A stretch of 38,124 bases of DNA from Fidelibacterota bacterium (GCA_049975265.1 JBNGDF010000021.1:3599-41722); one strand, 5' to 3'. Counted from the first letter of the stretch, positions 25,981-36,432 are shown. The notes: generated from the letters alone by a model not told the origin. Translations and numbers: made by a program.

Positions 25981-27824
25981 TCTATTTCCCCTTCTGTTTT
26001 ATTTTGTTTTTTATCACTAAACGGCTTGTACTCATAACCGGTCCACTCCATGCCCAGTTGTCCGGAAAATTCCAACACATTAAGACGGATGCCGTGCACA
26101 ACCACCGAGAGCAGCCCCATGACAATATTCAGTCCGTGTCCAATCAGCAGGACCAGAATTGCCGCCGGAAATGCGAATCCCTTCATCATCGGTGCGGCGA
26201 TATTATTGAAGCTGGAGGCGATTGCCACCGTCGCCATGCCCACCGCAAAGAGGCGGATGTAAGAGATAATATTTGAAAACGAGCTGATGGAATCGAGAAA
26301 GGTATTAAACGCACCGCCCAGCCCAGCCAGTACGCCTTTCATAAAGCTGACCCCTTTTTCCTGTTTCATAAATAGAATGACCATCAGCAACCCAACGGTG
26401 ATCAGCGGTACCGTGAAGCCCGGAATTTCCATCCCCAGAACCAGATTGAGTACCACCAGGAACAACCCCGCCATCAGCGCCGTCCAGCCCAGATGGGCGA
26501 TGCTCTTCAGCTCCGGCAATGCGTTGAAAAAGTTCATGATATTCGCTAGACTCAATTGCGTAATGGCGATTATGAAGCAGATGAACATGACTTTCTGTTG
26601 CGGATCGACGGTCAGTTCCGGAAAAAGTTCGGGAAATGTCGCCAGCTGCGGAATCGTCAGTGCCTTAAAAAAGGGCAGTGCCGCAATCTGAACAGCACCG
26701 AACCAGTTCCCGGTTATCGTTCCCCAAGCAATTGTTGTGGCGCTGAGCACATAAAACAGTTTGATCGCCAGCGGCAGGGATTTCCCGCTTTTCAGCGATT
26801 TGTAGTGAGCAACCATGCACAGGAGCAGGAATATAAATCCGTACCCTGCGTCCCCGATAATCATTGCCACAAAGATGGCAAAAAAGACGAGAAAGTATTT
26901 GCTGATATCGTATTCCCGGTAGCCGGGCACGGTTCCAAGAAAGTCAAAGACCGGTTTGATGATTTGGGTCCATTTACTCATTTTCAGCAGGGTGGGCGGA
27001 TTGTCGGTCAGCTCCGGCTCTTCCGCCAGAATACCCCAGCCGTTCTTTTCCGCGGCTTTGAACAGGTCCCCGATTTTTTCCTCGGGGCAATAGCCCTGCA
27101 GATAGAGGATTTCGGTCACATCCTGCATGCCGGCTTTAGCCTGCTCAAATTCCAGCTGTTTTTCCAGCTTTTCCTGATAATTTGCAATGAGCTCCTGTGC
27201 GCCCAGCAGGCGTTGCAGGCGGAGATCGATATCTTCACGCCGGACGCTCAATGAAGCCAGCTCTTTCGAAACAGCCGTATGTGTCTCAGGGGGTGGAAAT
27301 TCCTCTTTGATATCCAGGCGGATATCCGGAGATTCAGACATCAGGGCGATTTTCAGCTGGTTTTTCTCCTCCTGAAGGATCTCTATAATTGCCCCCTCGG
27401 GCAGTTTTTTCAACACCATTTTGTCCGTGTTGTAGAGTCGGAGATAGATTCCTTCTTGCCTTAGCTCTTCAATATCCTGCGCAGAAACCTTGCCCCAGGT
27501 TTCAAACCAGTTCAGCAGGCTCTTTTTCTCTTCAATGTCTGCCTGAATCTGCTGTTTCTCGGCAGCCAGCGACAATACCTCTGCGACGACTTTCGGGGCG
27601 GAAATCTTAATAGCCTGCGGAGTCTCTTCAGGCGTGACGTTGCTCAGAATCTGCCGGCATTTTTCCGTTTGGCGCAATGCTGTTTCCAGCTCTGCAATAT
27701 TTTCTGATTGAGGTGGTTTGATATGCTGAATATGGATCACCCCGACGCTGCGCAGCTCCTTCAGCGCCGCTTCCCGATAGGGAGCGCTGATAAAAAGGGT
27801 CACTTTTTGCATCGGAACGATCAT
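25977..27824 (-). CDS. atpI: V/A-type ATP synthase subunit I
   Basis: NPPTLL, GDAGYG, SYIRLFAVG and HGIRLNVLEF motifs. Confidence 0.95.
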   Translation of the reverse strand: MIVPMQKVTLFISAPYREAALKELRSVGVIHIQHIKPPQSENIAELETALRQTEKCRQILSNVTPEETPQAIKISAPKVVAEVLSLAAEKQQIQADIEEKKSLLNWFETWGKVSAQDIEELRQEGIYLRLYNTDKMVLKKLPEGAIIEILQEEKNQLKIALMSESPDIRLDIKEEFPPPETHTAVSKELASLSVRREDIDLRLQRLLGAQELIANYQEKLEKQLEFEQAKAGMQDVTEILYLQGYCPEEKIGDLFKAAEKNGWGILAEEPELTDNPPTLLKMSKWTQIIKPVFDFLGTVPGYREYDISKYFLVFFAIFVAMIIGDAGYGFIFLLLCMVAHYKSLKSGKSLPLAIKLFYVLSATTIAWGTITGNWFGAVQIAALPFFKALTIPQLATFPELFPELTVDPQQKVMFICFIIAITQLSLANIMNFFNALPELKSIAHLGWTALMAGLFLVVLNLVLGMEIPGFTVPLITVGLLMVILFMKQEKGVSFMKGVLAGLGGAFNTFLDSISSFSNIISYIRLFAVGMATVAIASSFNNIAAPMMKGFAFPAAILVLLIGHGLNIVMGLLSVVVHGIRLNVLEFSGQLGMEWTGYEYKPFSDKKQNKTEGEIE

Positions 27825-28432
27825 ACTGCCGCCGTCTCCTTTTTCTTTTCAATCTTGGCTTTGGAGATTTTCCCGCGCACCACCTCCGAGGTCCGCTCGT
27901 CGCCAAGGTAAATCTGAATCACCCGGATATTCTCCCTGGTCTCGGGAATTTTGACCTTGTCAAAGAGGTTGATTCGTTGAACCGTGATCCGGAGCTCTTC
28001 CTGCAATACCGCCATCTGTTTTTCGAGGGTTTTAATTTTCAGCTGCTGGCGGATTTTCTCTTTGCAGGCTTCGATTCCGGCATCCACCCACAGCGGCATA
28101 TCGAAACGATCGTAGTCTTCATCCGTGAAAATGACCTTTTCGAAAATTTCAATGTCAATGCCCGCTATGTTCCCGCTGGTGGTGACGACCTCCTCGATGG
28201 AAAAGAGGGCACCGATATCAATCTCTTCGCCAAAGACATCCACCCACTGAAAAATCTCCTTTTCGAAGCGCTCTATTTCGGCTCTGATTTTATCGATCTG
28301 CTGAGAGATTTGACGGATCTCCGCCACCAGCTGGGTCTTTTTCAACTCCAGCGTCGGCAGATAACGAGTATAGCGTTTCAGTGCCTCTTTCTGCTTTTTC
28401 AGTTCGTTCTTGGTGAGTTTGATTTTAGCCAT
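27821..28432 (-). CDS. atpD: V/A-type ATP synthase subunit D
   Basis: YLPTLELKK, QRINLFDKVKIP and IQIYLGD motifs. Confidence 0.95.
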   Translation of the reverse strand: MAKIKLTKNELKKQKEALKRYTRYLPTLELKKTQLVAEIRQISQQIDKIRAEIERFEKEIFQWVDVFGEEIDIGALFSIEEVVTTSGNIAGIDIEIFEKVIFTDEDYDRFDMPLWVDAGIEACKEKIRQQLKIKTLEKQMAVLQEELRITVQRINLFDKVKIPETRENIRVIQIYLGDERTSEVVRGKISKAKIEKKKETAAV

Positions 28433-28444
28433 GGAATCTGCCGC

Positions 28445-29962
28445 TTATTTGCGCTTTTTCCTATCTTTGCGAGCTGATTTTGTTTGCCTGGATTTTTTCT
28501 TTTTGGATTTTTTCGTATCGCTTTCCGGGGCGGTCTCTTTTTCCGGCGAGCTGTTCTTGTCCGGCTGTGTCTCTTCTGGTGTATTCTGAGCGGAGTCTGT
28601 CGCTTCCTCCGGTTCACCCTTTTTCACCTCTTTATGGTCTTTATCTCCGGATTCGGTTTTGGCGTTGTGGTTTTTCGGCCAGAACTTTTTGATCAGATCG
28701 GTTCGGAAGCCGGTTTCATCGGGATTAAAGCACTCCGCCAGGGTTTCCCAGCCGCTGTCCAGCGCTTCTTCCAGGGATATATTGACCTTCAGATTCATCA
28801 TCCGGTCTTCAAAGAGTTTTCCGTATTTCAGTAATTTTTTGTCCCAGTCACTCATCCGGAAGCCCATGGCGCGCTTTTCTTCGGTCTCGTTGTACTGGGC
28901 GTAAAGCTGGATCATGCCATCCATAATGGCGCGGTGATCATCGCGGGTTTTGTCATTCACCTGCTGTTTCAGGCGGCTCAGGGAGCCGAAGGGTTCGATG
29001 CGTCCGTTGCGCAGATAAAATTGTCCTTCGGTGATATAGCCCGTATTGTCGGGTACTGGATGGGTGACGTCGTCGCCGGGCATGGTGGTTGCCGCCAGTA
29101 CAGTTACGGAGCCGGCGTCATCAAAGTCCACCGCCTTTTCATAACGTGCCGCCAGCTGGGAATAGAGGTCTCCGGGGTAGCCGCGATTCGACGGTACCTG
29201 CTCCATGGTGATGGCGATCTCCTTCAGGGCGTCGGCGAAATTGGTCATATCGGTCAGCAGAACCAGGACATTTTCCCCCTTCAGGGCAAATTTCTCCGCC
29301 ACCGCCAGACAGAGGTCCGGTACCATTAATCCTTCCACAATCGGGTCGGAGGCGGTATGGATGAAAAAGATCGAACGGCTCAGGGCACCGCCCTCTTCCA
29401 GGGTATTTTTGAAATACATGTACTGATCATATTTCAGACCGATGCCACCCAGAATAATCATGTCCACTTCCGCCTGGAGCGCGATCCGTGCCAGCAACTC
29501 GTTGTAGGGTTCACCGGAAACCGAGAAAATCGGCAGCTTCTGTGATACCACCAGCGAGTTGAACACATCGATCATGGGGATGTTGGTCCGGATCATGTTA
29601 CGGGGGATAATCCGTTTTGCCGGATTGACCGACGGACCGGCAATCTCAATCAGGTTTTCGGTCAGTGCCGGTCCTTTGTCCCGGGGAATCCCGCTGCCGT
29701 TGAAGATCCGACCGAGCATGTCATCCGAAAAGGTGACTCGCATGGGATTTCCCAAAAAGCGGACCTCATCGTTGGTGGAGATGCCCTGACTACCGGCGAA
29801 CACCTGCAGCGAGACGATATCCCGGTCCAGCTTAATGACCTGAGCAAGTGATTTGCCGCGGGAGGTGCTGATTTCCGCCAACTCCTCGTAGGAGATATCC
29901 TCCGCCTTGACCGTGATGACATTTCCGGTAACACTTAAGATTTTATTGTACACTTTCTGCAT
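28445..29962 (-). CDS. atpB: V/A-type ATP synthase subunit B with long charged C-terminal tail
   Basis: [45 protein letters not shown] and PFGSLSRL motifs. Confidence 0.96.
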   Translation of the reverse strand: MQKVYNKILSVTGNVITVKAEDISYEELAEISTSRGKSLAQVIKLDRDIVSLQVFAGSQGISTNDEVRFLGNPMRVTFSDDMLGRIFNGSGIPRDKGPALTENLIEIAGPSVNPAKRIIPRNMIRTNIPMIDVFNSLVVSQKLPIFSVSGEPYNELLARIALQAEVDMIILGGIGLKYDQYMYFKNTLEEGGALSRSIFFIHTASDPIVEGLMVPDLCLAVAEKFALKGENVLVLLTDMTNFADALKEIAITMEQVPSNRGYPGDLYSQLAARYEKAVDFDDAGSVTVLAATTMPGDDVTHPVPDNTGYITEGQFYLRNGRIEPFGSLSRLKQQVNDKTRDDHRAIMDGMIQLYAQYNETEEKRAMGFRMSDWDKKLLKYGKLFEDRMMNLKVNISLEEALDSGWETLAECFNPDETGFRTDLIKKFWPKNHNAKTESGDKDHKEVKKGEPEEATDSAQNTPEETQPDKNSSPEKETAPESDTKKSKKKKSRQTKSARKDRKKRK

Positions 29963-29993
29963 GGTCTGAGATTTCCTCTTCTACAGCGTTTAT

Positions 29994-31847
29994 TTATTTT
30001 TCCTTTTGTTTCGTTTCTTTGGATTCCTCCTGGTCGCCGGCGTCCGGTTTTTCTTCATCTTCTGGCGTGTTCTTCTCCTCTGGCTGCTTCTCTTTTGGTA
30101 TTTTTTCTGCGGATTCTGTGTCTGAGGTATTTTCTTCAATCAGACGGGAGATTTTGGTTTCCTGTTTTTTAAATTCATCATCCTTCATATCGATATAATT
30201 CCAATCGATAAAGAGCTGCCGCAATTTATTGAAAAAATTGCGGGCTTCATCTTTTTCCGTCAGAGTGAAGTGGTGACTCAGGACATTGTACACATAGTTG
30301 AAAATATATTTCTGGCGTTCTGGCGATGTTGCACCGTCGACCGCATCAAAGGAATTTTGCTGAAGATAGACATTATCCAGAAATTCGGATTTCAGATAAA
30401 TTAAAAAATCTTCGATGGAGGTGCCCTCTTCTCCGACAACCAGCATCATCTGGTGAACATCGTGCCCTTTGCGCAGAATGTCGCGGGCATACTCGATCTG
30501 TTCGCTTTCGATAAAACTGTCGTATTTCGACCAGCTCTCCAGTGGGTCGATGGCGGGATAGCGTCTGGCATTGGAGCGATCCCGGGAGAGACCGTGGAAA
30601 GCGCCAACCACTTTCAGAGTTGACTGGGTCACCGGTTCTTCAAAATTGCCGCCCGCCGGGCTGACGGTACCGCCGATGGTCAGACTGCCGAAGCTGCCAT
30701 CTTCAAATTCAACCAGACCGGCGCGCTCGTAAAACTGGGCGATGCGGGACTCCAGATAAGCCGGGAATGCCTCTTCGCCGGGGATCTCTTCCAGGCGTCC
30801 GGAGAGCTCGCGCATGGCTTGCGCCCAACGGGAGGTGGAATCAGCCAGCAGCAGCACATCCAGTCCCATCTGTCGGTAATATTCTCCCAGCGTCGCCGCC
30901 GTATAGACCGAGGCTTCCCGGGCGGCGACGGGCATGGAGCTGGTATTACAGATGATGATTGTCCGTTCCATCAGCGATTTCCCGGTGCGTGGATCGGTGA
31001 TTTCCGGGAATTCCCGCAGCGTTTCCACCACCTCACCGGCGCGCTCACCGCAAGCCGCAATGATGACGATATCGGCTTCGGCAAAGCGGCTGGTAACCTG
31101 CTGCAAAACGGTTTTGCCGGCACCGAAAGGTCCCGGGATACAATAAGTTCCGCCTTTGGCAACCGGAAAAAAGGTATCAATGATCCGGGTCTGGGTAACC
31201 AGCGGCTCCTCGGGAAGTTGTTTCTCGCGGTAGAATTCAATCGGCAGCTTCACAGGCCATTCAAAATACATGCTCAGTTCGTGCTTTTCGCCCTTATCGT
31301 TTGCAATGGTCGCAATGGTGTCGGTGACTGTGTATTTTCCCTTTTCCACAATGGAAACGACCTGATAATCTCCCTGCAAGTGAAAGGGTACGAAAATCTT
31401 ATGATCAAAAATACCCTCCGGAACAGTACCCAGCAAGCTGGCAGCCTTGACCGGATCCCCCTTTTTAATCGCCGGCGTAAATTCCCATTTCTGCTTGAAA
31501 TCCAGGGCATCCAGAATCACGCCGCGCTTCAGGAAAAAGCCGTGCAGTTCCGCCAGCTCATTCAACGGGTTTTGCAAACCGTCGTAGACCATGCCAAGCA
31601 GTCCGGGTCCCAGCTGTACCGACAGCATCTCACCGGAAAACTCCACCGCATCGCCGACTTTCAGCCCCTTGGTGATTTCGAACACCTGCATATAGGCGAT
31701 GTTGCCCCGAATCTTGACCACTTCGGATTTCAGGCGGTCCTCACCGGTAATGGCATAACCTACCTCGTTCTGGATAATATTACCCTCAAATTCCACGGAA
31801 ATCATGTTCCCGTTAATGCTGATAATTGTACCTTTAGTCTTGTTCAT
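29994..31847 (-). CDS. atpA: V/A-type ATP synthase subunit A with acidic C-terminal tail
   Basis: Walker A GPFGAGKT; CGERAGE; NTSSMPVAAREAS; ADSTSRWA; PGEEAFPAYL. Confidence 0.97.
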   Translation of the reverse strand: MNKTKGTIISINGNMISVEFEGNIIQNEVGYAITGEDRLKSEVVKIRGNIAYMQVFEITKGLKVGDAVEFSGEMLSVQLGPGLLGMVYDGLQNPLNELAELHGFFLKRGVILDALDFKQKWEFTPAIKKGDPVKAASLLGTVPEGIFDHKIFVPFHLQGDYQVVSIVEKGKYTVTDTIATIANDKGEKHELSMYFEWPVKLPIEFYREKQLPEEPLVTQTRIIDTFFPVAKGGTYCIPGPFGAGKTVLQQVTSRFAEADIVIIAACGERAGEVVETLREFPEITDPRTGKSLMERTIIICNTSSMPVAAREASVYTAATLGEYYRQMGLDVLLLADSTSRWAQAMRELSGRLEEIPGEEAFPAYLESRIAQFYERAGLVEFEDGSFGSLTIGGTVSPAGGNFEEPVTQSTLKVVGAFHGLSRDRSNARRYPAIDPLESWSKYDSFIESEQIEYARDILRKGHDVHQMMLVVGEEGTSIEDFLIYLKSEFLDNVYLQQNSFDAVDGATSPERQKYIFNYVYNVLSHHFTLTEKDEARNFFNKLRQLFIDWNYIDMKDDEFKKQETKISRLIEENTSDTESAEKIPKEKQPEEKNTPEDEEKPDAGDQEESKETKQKEK

Positions 31848-32340
31848 AAGTCAATTCTGTATAGGTTAAAAATTTTTCTTTGCCTCTTTCCTTGTCAAAA
31901 CTGCTGAGACGTACCAGGATTTGCAGCTTCAGATGGTATAGAATGAAAAACGCCATATCCGAATAGTGACCAAACTCCATTTCGTCGAGCAGCTGCCAGC
32001 GCAGGCGCAGCAGCTTTTTCTCCACCTCCAGTGGATTGCCCTCTTTCAGAACCGCTGGCGGGAAGAGGCGCGGCTTGTGTTCCTGCCGGCTTTTCAGCGC
32101 CTGCCGGTATTGCAGCAGTTCGCGGCGCAGGGCGTGCTCGAAGAGCTGGTAGGCACGGTAAACGGGCAAATCATCCTTCTGCGGAGTGGTTGCATTTATG
32201 GAAACCGCCGTGAGAATCTGATAGTCACCGGAACTCATCCACTTTTGTCCTTCGGTGAGAAATGCCCCGACCCCGATCGCCGGTTCCTGATCGAAAACCA
32301 GCATCGGAAGCTGTGCCGCATAGTAGATATATTTGTCCAT
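31834..32340 (-). CDS. DUF2764-family protein (V-ATPase subunit C-like)
   Basis: YYAAQLP N-terminus and LLRLRW..YHLKLQILVR; position between subunits E and A. Confidence 0.8.
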   Translation of the reverse strand: MDKYIYYAAQLPMLVFDQEPAIGVGAFLTEGQKWMSSGDYQILTAVSINATTPQKDDLPVYRAYQLFEHALRRELLQYRQALKSRQEHKPRLFPPAVLKEGNPLEVEKKLLRLRWQLLDEMEFGHYSDMAFFILYHLKLQILVRLSSFDKERGKEKFLTYTELTYEQD

Positions 32341-32936
32341 CAGGCTTTGTTTAATATCTCTCTAATCCGGGGATTCAGAAATTCACCCAGGAATTCGGCG
32401 ATGCTCTCGTCGGTAAAATCGTAATAGACCGCCTCGTCTTTCAACCCGATCCGAAAACCGTTGGAGATTCCCTTATCGACTTTGATCGTAACCGTCTCTT
32501 TTAGTTCTTCACGCGCTTTTTTAAAAAGCAGCTCCTGTAACTTTTGCAGGTCTTTTTCGGAAACCAGTGCCTCCAGCTCCTTGCCGGCGCCCCAGCTTTC
32601 TACAATTTTGATAATCAATTCCTTGACAAATTCCGGTGACAGTGTGGCGCCCAGCTCTTTTTTGAAAGCGGTGTCGAAAAGCTTTTGCAGCTTTTCCCTG
32701 GTCACCAGCACTGTATCACGGGAGGCCTGCTTCAGAGCCGCTTCGGCGTTGGATTGCAGCTTTTCAGCCTCTTTTTGGGCGGCAGCAATGATTTTCTCCG
32801 CCTGAGCCTCGGCGTTTTGAATGATCTCATCCGCCTCCTTCCGGGCATTTTTCGTGATCTCCGCAGCGGATTTCTTCGCCTCTTCAATGCCGTCGGATTT
32901 GATTTTCTCGATTAAGTGTTCGAGTTTCGACTCCAT
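32340..32936 (-). CDS. atpE: V/A-type ATP synthase subunit E
   Basis: LIEKIKSDGIEEA coiled coil; GFRIG..YYDFTDE..LNPRI; AGAGGAG RBS. Confidence 0.9.
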   Translation of the reverse strand: MESKLEHLIEKIKSDGIEEAKKSAAEITKNARKEADEIIQNAEAQAEKIIAAAQKEAEKLQSNAEAALKQASRDTVLVTREKLQKLFDTAFKKELGATLSPEFVKELIIKIVESWGAGKELEALVSEKDLQKLQELLFKKAREELKETVTIKVDKGISNGFRIGLKDEAVYYDFTDESIAEFLGEFLNPRIREILNKA

Positions 32937-33072
32937 GCAAACGCTCCTCTATCAACGGTTTTTGCGATAAATTAATGGTACTCTGGAGATAGTTTATTCC
33001 TCTCAGAGGGTTTATTTGGGAAATGGACGCTGGTCCCCAATTTCGTTCATCTCGGTATCAAAAACGACTTTG

Positions 33073-33101
33073 AATTTAACTGTCACGGGTTGATATGTCA
33101 A
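33073..33101 (-). promoter_or_regulatory. Sigma70 promoter of the V/A-ATPase operon
   Basis: Minus strand TTGACA (33101-33096), 17-nt spacer, TAAATT (33078-33073). Confidence 0.7.
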
Positions 33102-33204
33102 GGTCGTTCGTGGACTTTACTCCCGGTGCAACCCGTTGTTTTTATGTCCGGGTAGCGTCCGATCCAATGGTTGCAAAGATGAAAAATTTCCTGCAGATTT
33201 CGTC

Positions 33205-34824
33205 ATGTTCAATATCTGTCTGATCCAGCCGCCTATCGAAGATTTTTACGCCACACCGATTCGCAATATCCCGCTCGGACTGCTCTCCATCGGTGCCACT
33301 CTGAGCGCCAGGCATCGGGTGCGCCTGCTGGACCTGCGGCAAAGCAAACGGCGCACGGTGCCAGTTCCTGCGGATTTATCCGCCGTCGCCCCCTACTACC
33401 GGGCTGCCGATGCGTCGCCTTTCGGGCTATATAAGCGTTATGCCCGCTACGGATTAACAGCGGCGGAAATAGCGGCTTACATTTCCCGGGATGATGACGT
33501 TTTTCTGATCTCGGCGCTCTTTACTACTTATATCCATGAGATTCTTGAAATGTTGCCCCTGATCAGGGAAAAGTGTCCCCAAAGCTGGATTGTCATTGGT
33601 GGCGGCGGTGCATGTTCCCGGATCGGGGAGTTTTTCCGGGCGGGCGCCGACTTTGTGATTGCCGGAGAGGGTGAAATCGCCGTGCTGCGTCTGCTGGCTG
33701 AGTTGCAAAAAACGCGACCCGATTTTGCCGCCGTACCCAATTTAATCTGGCGGAAGCAGGACAGAACCGTTCACAATCCGATGGAATTCATCCAGCCGCT
33801 GGATGAATTGCCTTTTCCGGATTACACCCTCAGCGGTGTTCCGGAATACAATCTGGCGGGGAAAAAACATGCCATGCTGATGACCAGCCGGGGCTGTCCG
33901 CACCGCTGTGAATTTTGCGCTGTTCCCAGCCTGTTTGGAGAGAGGTACCGTCTGCGGTCCGTCCCGAATGTGCTGACCGAGTTGTCTGAAAAAATTCAGC
34001 AAGGCTTTCGTTCTTTTGATTTTGAGGATGACCACTTTGGCGGTAAGCGGCGCTGGCTGGCGGATTTATTGGACGGTATCGCCGTCAATTTTGGTGCTTA
34101 TGAGCTCTCTTTTCAGGCGATGAACGGTATTACCGCAACCAATCTCGATAGAAGCATCCTGACAAAAATGAAACAGGTGGGATTTACGGAGATCAACCTT
34201 TCACTGGTCACACCCCGCCGTGACCGGCAGGATGCCCTCCGGCGTCCGTTCCATACGCGACAGTTTATCGATGTGGTGGCAGCCGCCTACGGGATCGGCT
34301 TGACAATAACCGCCTATCTGATCATCGGTCTGCCCGGTGATACCGTGGAAGACAATCTTGAGGCGATTCTCTTTCTATCTGAGTTGCCGGTGCGGATCGG
34401 TCCATCGCTTTTCTATCTGGTGCCGGGGGCTCCGCTTTTTGATACGTTGAGGCGGCAAAATGCTGTGCCGACAGCGGTTCGCTGTTACCGCTCAAGCTAT
34501 TTCCCCTGTGAGCAACCCGGTTTCTCGCGGACTTCCGCCATGACACTGTTCCGCATTTGCCGTATTATCAATTTTCTAAAAGCTGTTCGGGAGACTGGTG
34601 ACCAACCGACGGCTTACCAGATTCGGGACGAAGCGGTCGTTTTGCCGGATCAGCTGTCCGGGAGACAGAGCCGGATCACATTGGGATTCGCCCTGCTGGA
34701 GCTGTTGAGGGAACGGGGAATTTTGTACGGCACCGACAAAAAGAGGAATGGTCACTATCCGCTATACCCGGAGCGGGTGGACAACCGGTTGATCGACCGG
34801 TTTCGCCGGCGATGGTTACGATAA
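33205..34824 (+). CDS. Cobalamin-binding radical SAM protein
   Basis: LIQPP..PLGLLSIG; IVIGGG, DFVIAGEGE; TSRGCPHRCEFC; FEDDHF; YLIIGLPG. Start MFNICL (33205) preferred. Confidence 0.9.
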   Translation: MFNICLIQPPIEDFYATPIRNIPLGLLSIGATLSARHRVRLLDLRQSKRRTVPVPADLSAVAPYYRAADASPFGLYKRYARYGLTAAEIAAYISRDDDVFLISALFTTYIHEILEMLPLIREKCPQSWIVIGGGGACSRIGEFFRAGADFVIAGEGEIAVLRLLAELQKTRPDFAAVPNLIWRKQDRTVHNPMEFIQPLDELPFPDYTLSGVPEYNLAGKKHAMLMTSRGCPHRCEFCAVPSLFGERYRLRSVPNVLTELSEKIQQGFRSFDFEDDHFGGKRRWLADLLDGIAVNFGAYELSFQAMNGITATNLDRSILTKMKQVGFTEINLSLVTPRRDRQDALRRPFHTRQFIDVVAAAYGIGLTITAYLIIGLPGDTVEDNLEAILFLSELPVRIGPSLFYLVPGAPLFDTLRRQNAVPTAVRCYRSSYFPCEQPGFSRTSAMTLFRICRIINFLKAVRETGDQPTAYQIRDEAVVLPDQLSGRQSRITLGFALLELLRERGILYGTDKKRNGHYPLYPERVDNRLIDRFRRRWLR

Positions 34825-34845
34825 AATTTCACTGATTCGGAGAGT

Positions 34846-36309
34846 TTAGAGACCCATTTCCGCCAGCGCCTGTTCAATCAGTTTGTCGCTGACTTTTTGG
34901 ATGGCGCGCTGTCCGGCGGTTTCGGGGGAATTTCCGGCGTTTTTATCTTCCAGCAGGTAGCTTCCGACAACGGTTTTCTGTTGAATGTTGTAGATTTTCA
35001 GCACACCGCGTGCCCGGGCGAACCAGAAGCCGTCCTGAATCTTGTTGGTCTGTCCGGATGACATAGTCCCCAGAATGATCAGATCAGCACCGGAATTTCC
35101 GATCATTCGGGCAATTTGGTCGGGTGATTCATTGACGCTGTTTTCGGTGATCGGGGGCAGGGGATCATTCTCCAAAACCTTAAAACCTGTGGTGGTCAAT
35201 TTTTCCAGCAGGGCGTTTTCCAGATAGGAAATCTCCACCGGCTGATCCAGGTTTTTTTCGATGATTTTGACAATGACCCGGTTGTCGGGCAGCAGGCTAA
35301 ATGTATAGGTACTATTCGTGATATTGAATTTCTCGGGGAAATGAACGGTTGCCTGAATATCCACATTGCCGGCAGATGCCAGATTTTTCACCACGCATCG
35401 GGCGGTTCCGGTCTGATCGGTTTTGGCAAGCGGCTCCAGGACCGCCTTGCCGCGCAGAACCATAAACTCCACATCCAGGTCGGGAATCGGAAAGTGCTGA
35501 TCGCCGTCGACCCAGAAAACCTTCAGCACCAGCGGCTCAGGCAGCGGAAGTCCCATTTTCGCCGGTTGATCGGCACCAGACCCTTCGATCCGAATGCTGG
35601 CGGTAATCCGCTCCATGGTGGCGGCGAGCTGTTCATTGAAACGATTCAGACGGGACATATCCTGGGGTGAGAGACCGGTAAAGCGGGTCAAAGGAAGAAC
35701 ATTTGCCTGGATCGCCTTGAACTGTTCCAGCGCCAGACCAATTTGTCCGTTCTGAGCCAGTTCCATGGTTTCCCGAAATCGCGACTCGCCCAGCGTGACG
35801 GTTTCGTCAATCAGTTCGCTCATAAATTGCCGGTGACGTTCTTCGGAAAAGGGCACTGCTACAAAGACCTGGTACTCTGTTCGCGAGCGAAAACCCTCCC
35901 GGATTTTCCACTCTTCCAGGAAGACCTTTTCCGGTTTGACGGCAAGAATATTGCGGGAGACGACTTTGATACGGGAGCTGGTGAAAGCGTCGTTACTGGT
36001 CACTGTGCCGGACTGCTCGACGATCTGATCGATGAATTCACTTTCGATAATGCCGCCGAGGGTTTCGATAATCTGGCGTTTGGCATCAGCCAGGGCGTCT
36101 TCCCGGGCGTCGGCTTCGGAAGCAAAACGATGGGAAACGCCCACATAGAGACCGGGTGTGATCTTGTTGACCCAATCGGGGCGCGGTTCTTTGGTGACGC
36201 GTTTTTGAGCCGGCACCTGACTACCCAGCAGAACCAGAAAAACCGCAACCATTATCCAGCGGAACCCGGACCTGCGGACAGACATTAAAGAGAACGGATA
36301 TATTTTCAT
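34846..36309 (-). CDS. Exported hypothetical protein (LPP20-like N-domain, Ig-like domain, C-terminal alpha/beta domain)
   Basis: Signal peptide; RPDWV..YVGVS..AREDALADAK; Ig-like PIPDLDVEF..TDQTGTA; GADLIILG; GGAG RBS. Confidence 0.6.
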   Translation of the reverse strand: MKIYPFSLMSVRRSGFRWIMVAVFLVLLGSQVPAQKRVTKEPRPDWVNKITPGLYVGVSHRFASEADAREDALADAKRQIIETLGGIIESEFIDQIVEQSGTVTSNDAFTSSRIKVVSRNILAVKPEKVFLEEWKIREGFRSRTEYQVFVAVPFSEERHRQFMSELIDETVTLGESRFRETMELAQNGQIGLALEQFKAIQANVLPLTRFTGLSPQDMSRLNRFNEQLAATMERITASIRIEGSGADQPAKMGLPLPEPLVLKVFWVDGDQHFPIPDLDVEFMVLRGKAVLEPLAKTDQTGTARCVVKNLASAGNVDIQATVHFPEKFNITNSTYTFSLLPDNRVIVKIIEKNLDQPVEISYLENALLEKLTTTGFKVLENDPLPPITENSVNESPDQIARMIGNSGADLIILGTMSSGQTNKIQDGFWFARARGVLKIYNIQQKTVVGSYLLEDKNAGNSPETAGQRAIQKVSDKLIEQALAEMGL

Positions 36310-36403
36310 GGATACTCCGGTTTGCTTGTGTTGATGTAAGAATAATCAGAAATTATTAAAAATTCAATCAAAAGTTCAAATAGAATAACGACCTCAACAA
36401 AAC

Positions 36404-36432
36404 CTGACATTGTTTCGTAAATTTTGTATATT
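36404..36432 (+). promoter_or_regulatory. Putative sigma70 promoter for the DUF4835 gene
   Basis: CTGACA, 17-nt spacer, TATATT; GAGGAG RBS before ATG 36505. Confidence 0.5.

Noticed and set aside
30819..31907. 362-aa plus-strand ORF and other long antisense ORFs (14396-15313, 26556-27254, 2654-3289)
   Set aside because: These are shadow frames opposite highly conserved genes and have no recognisable motifs.
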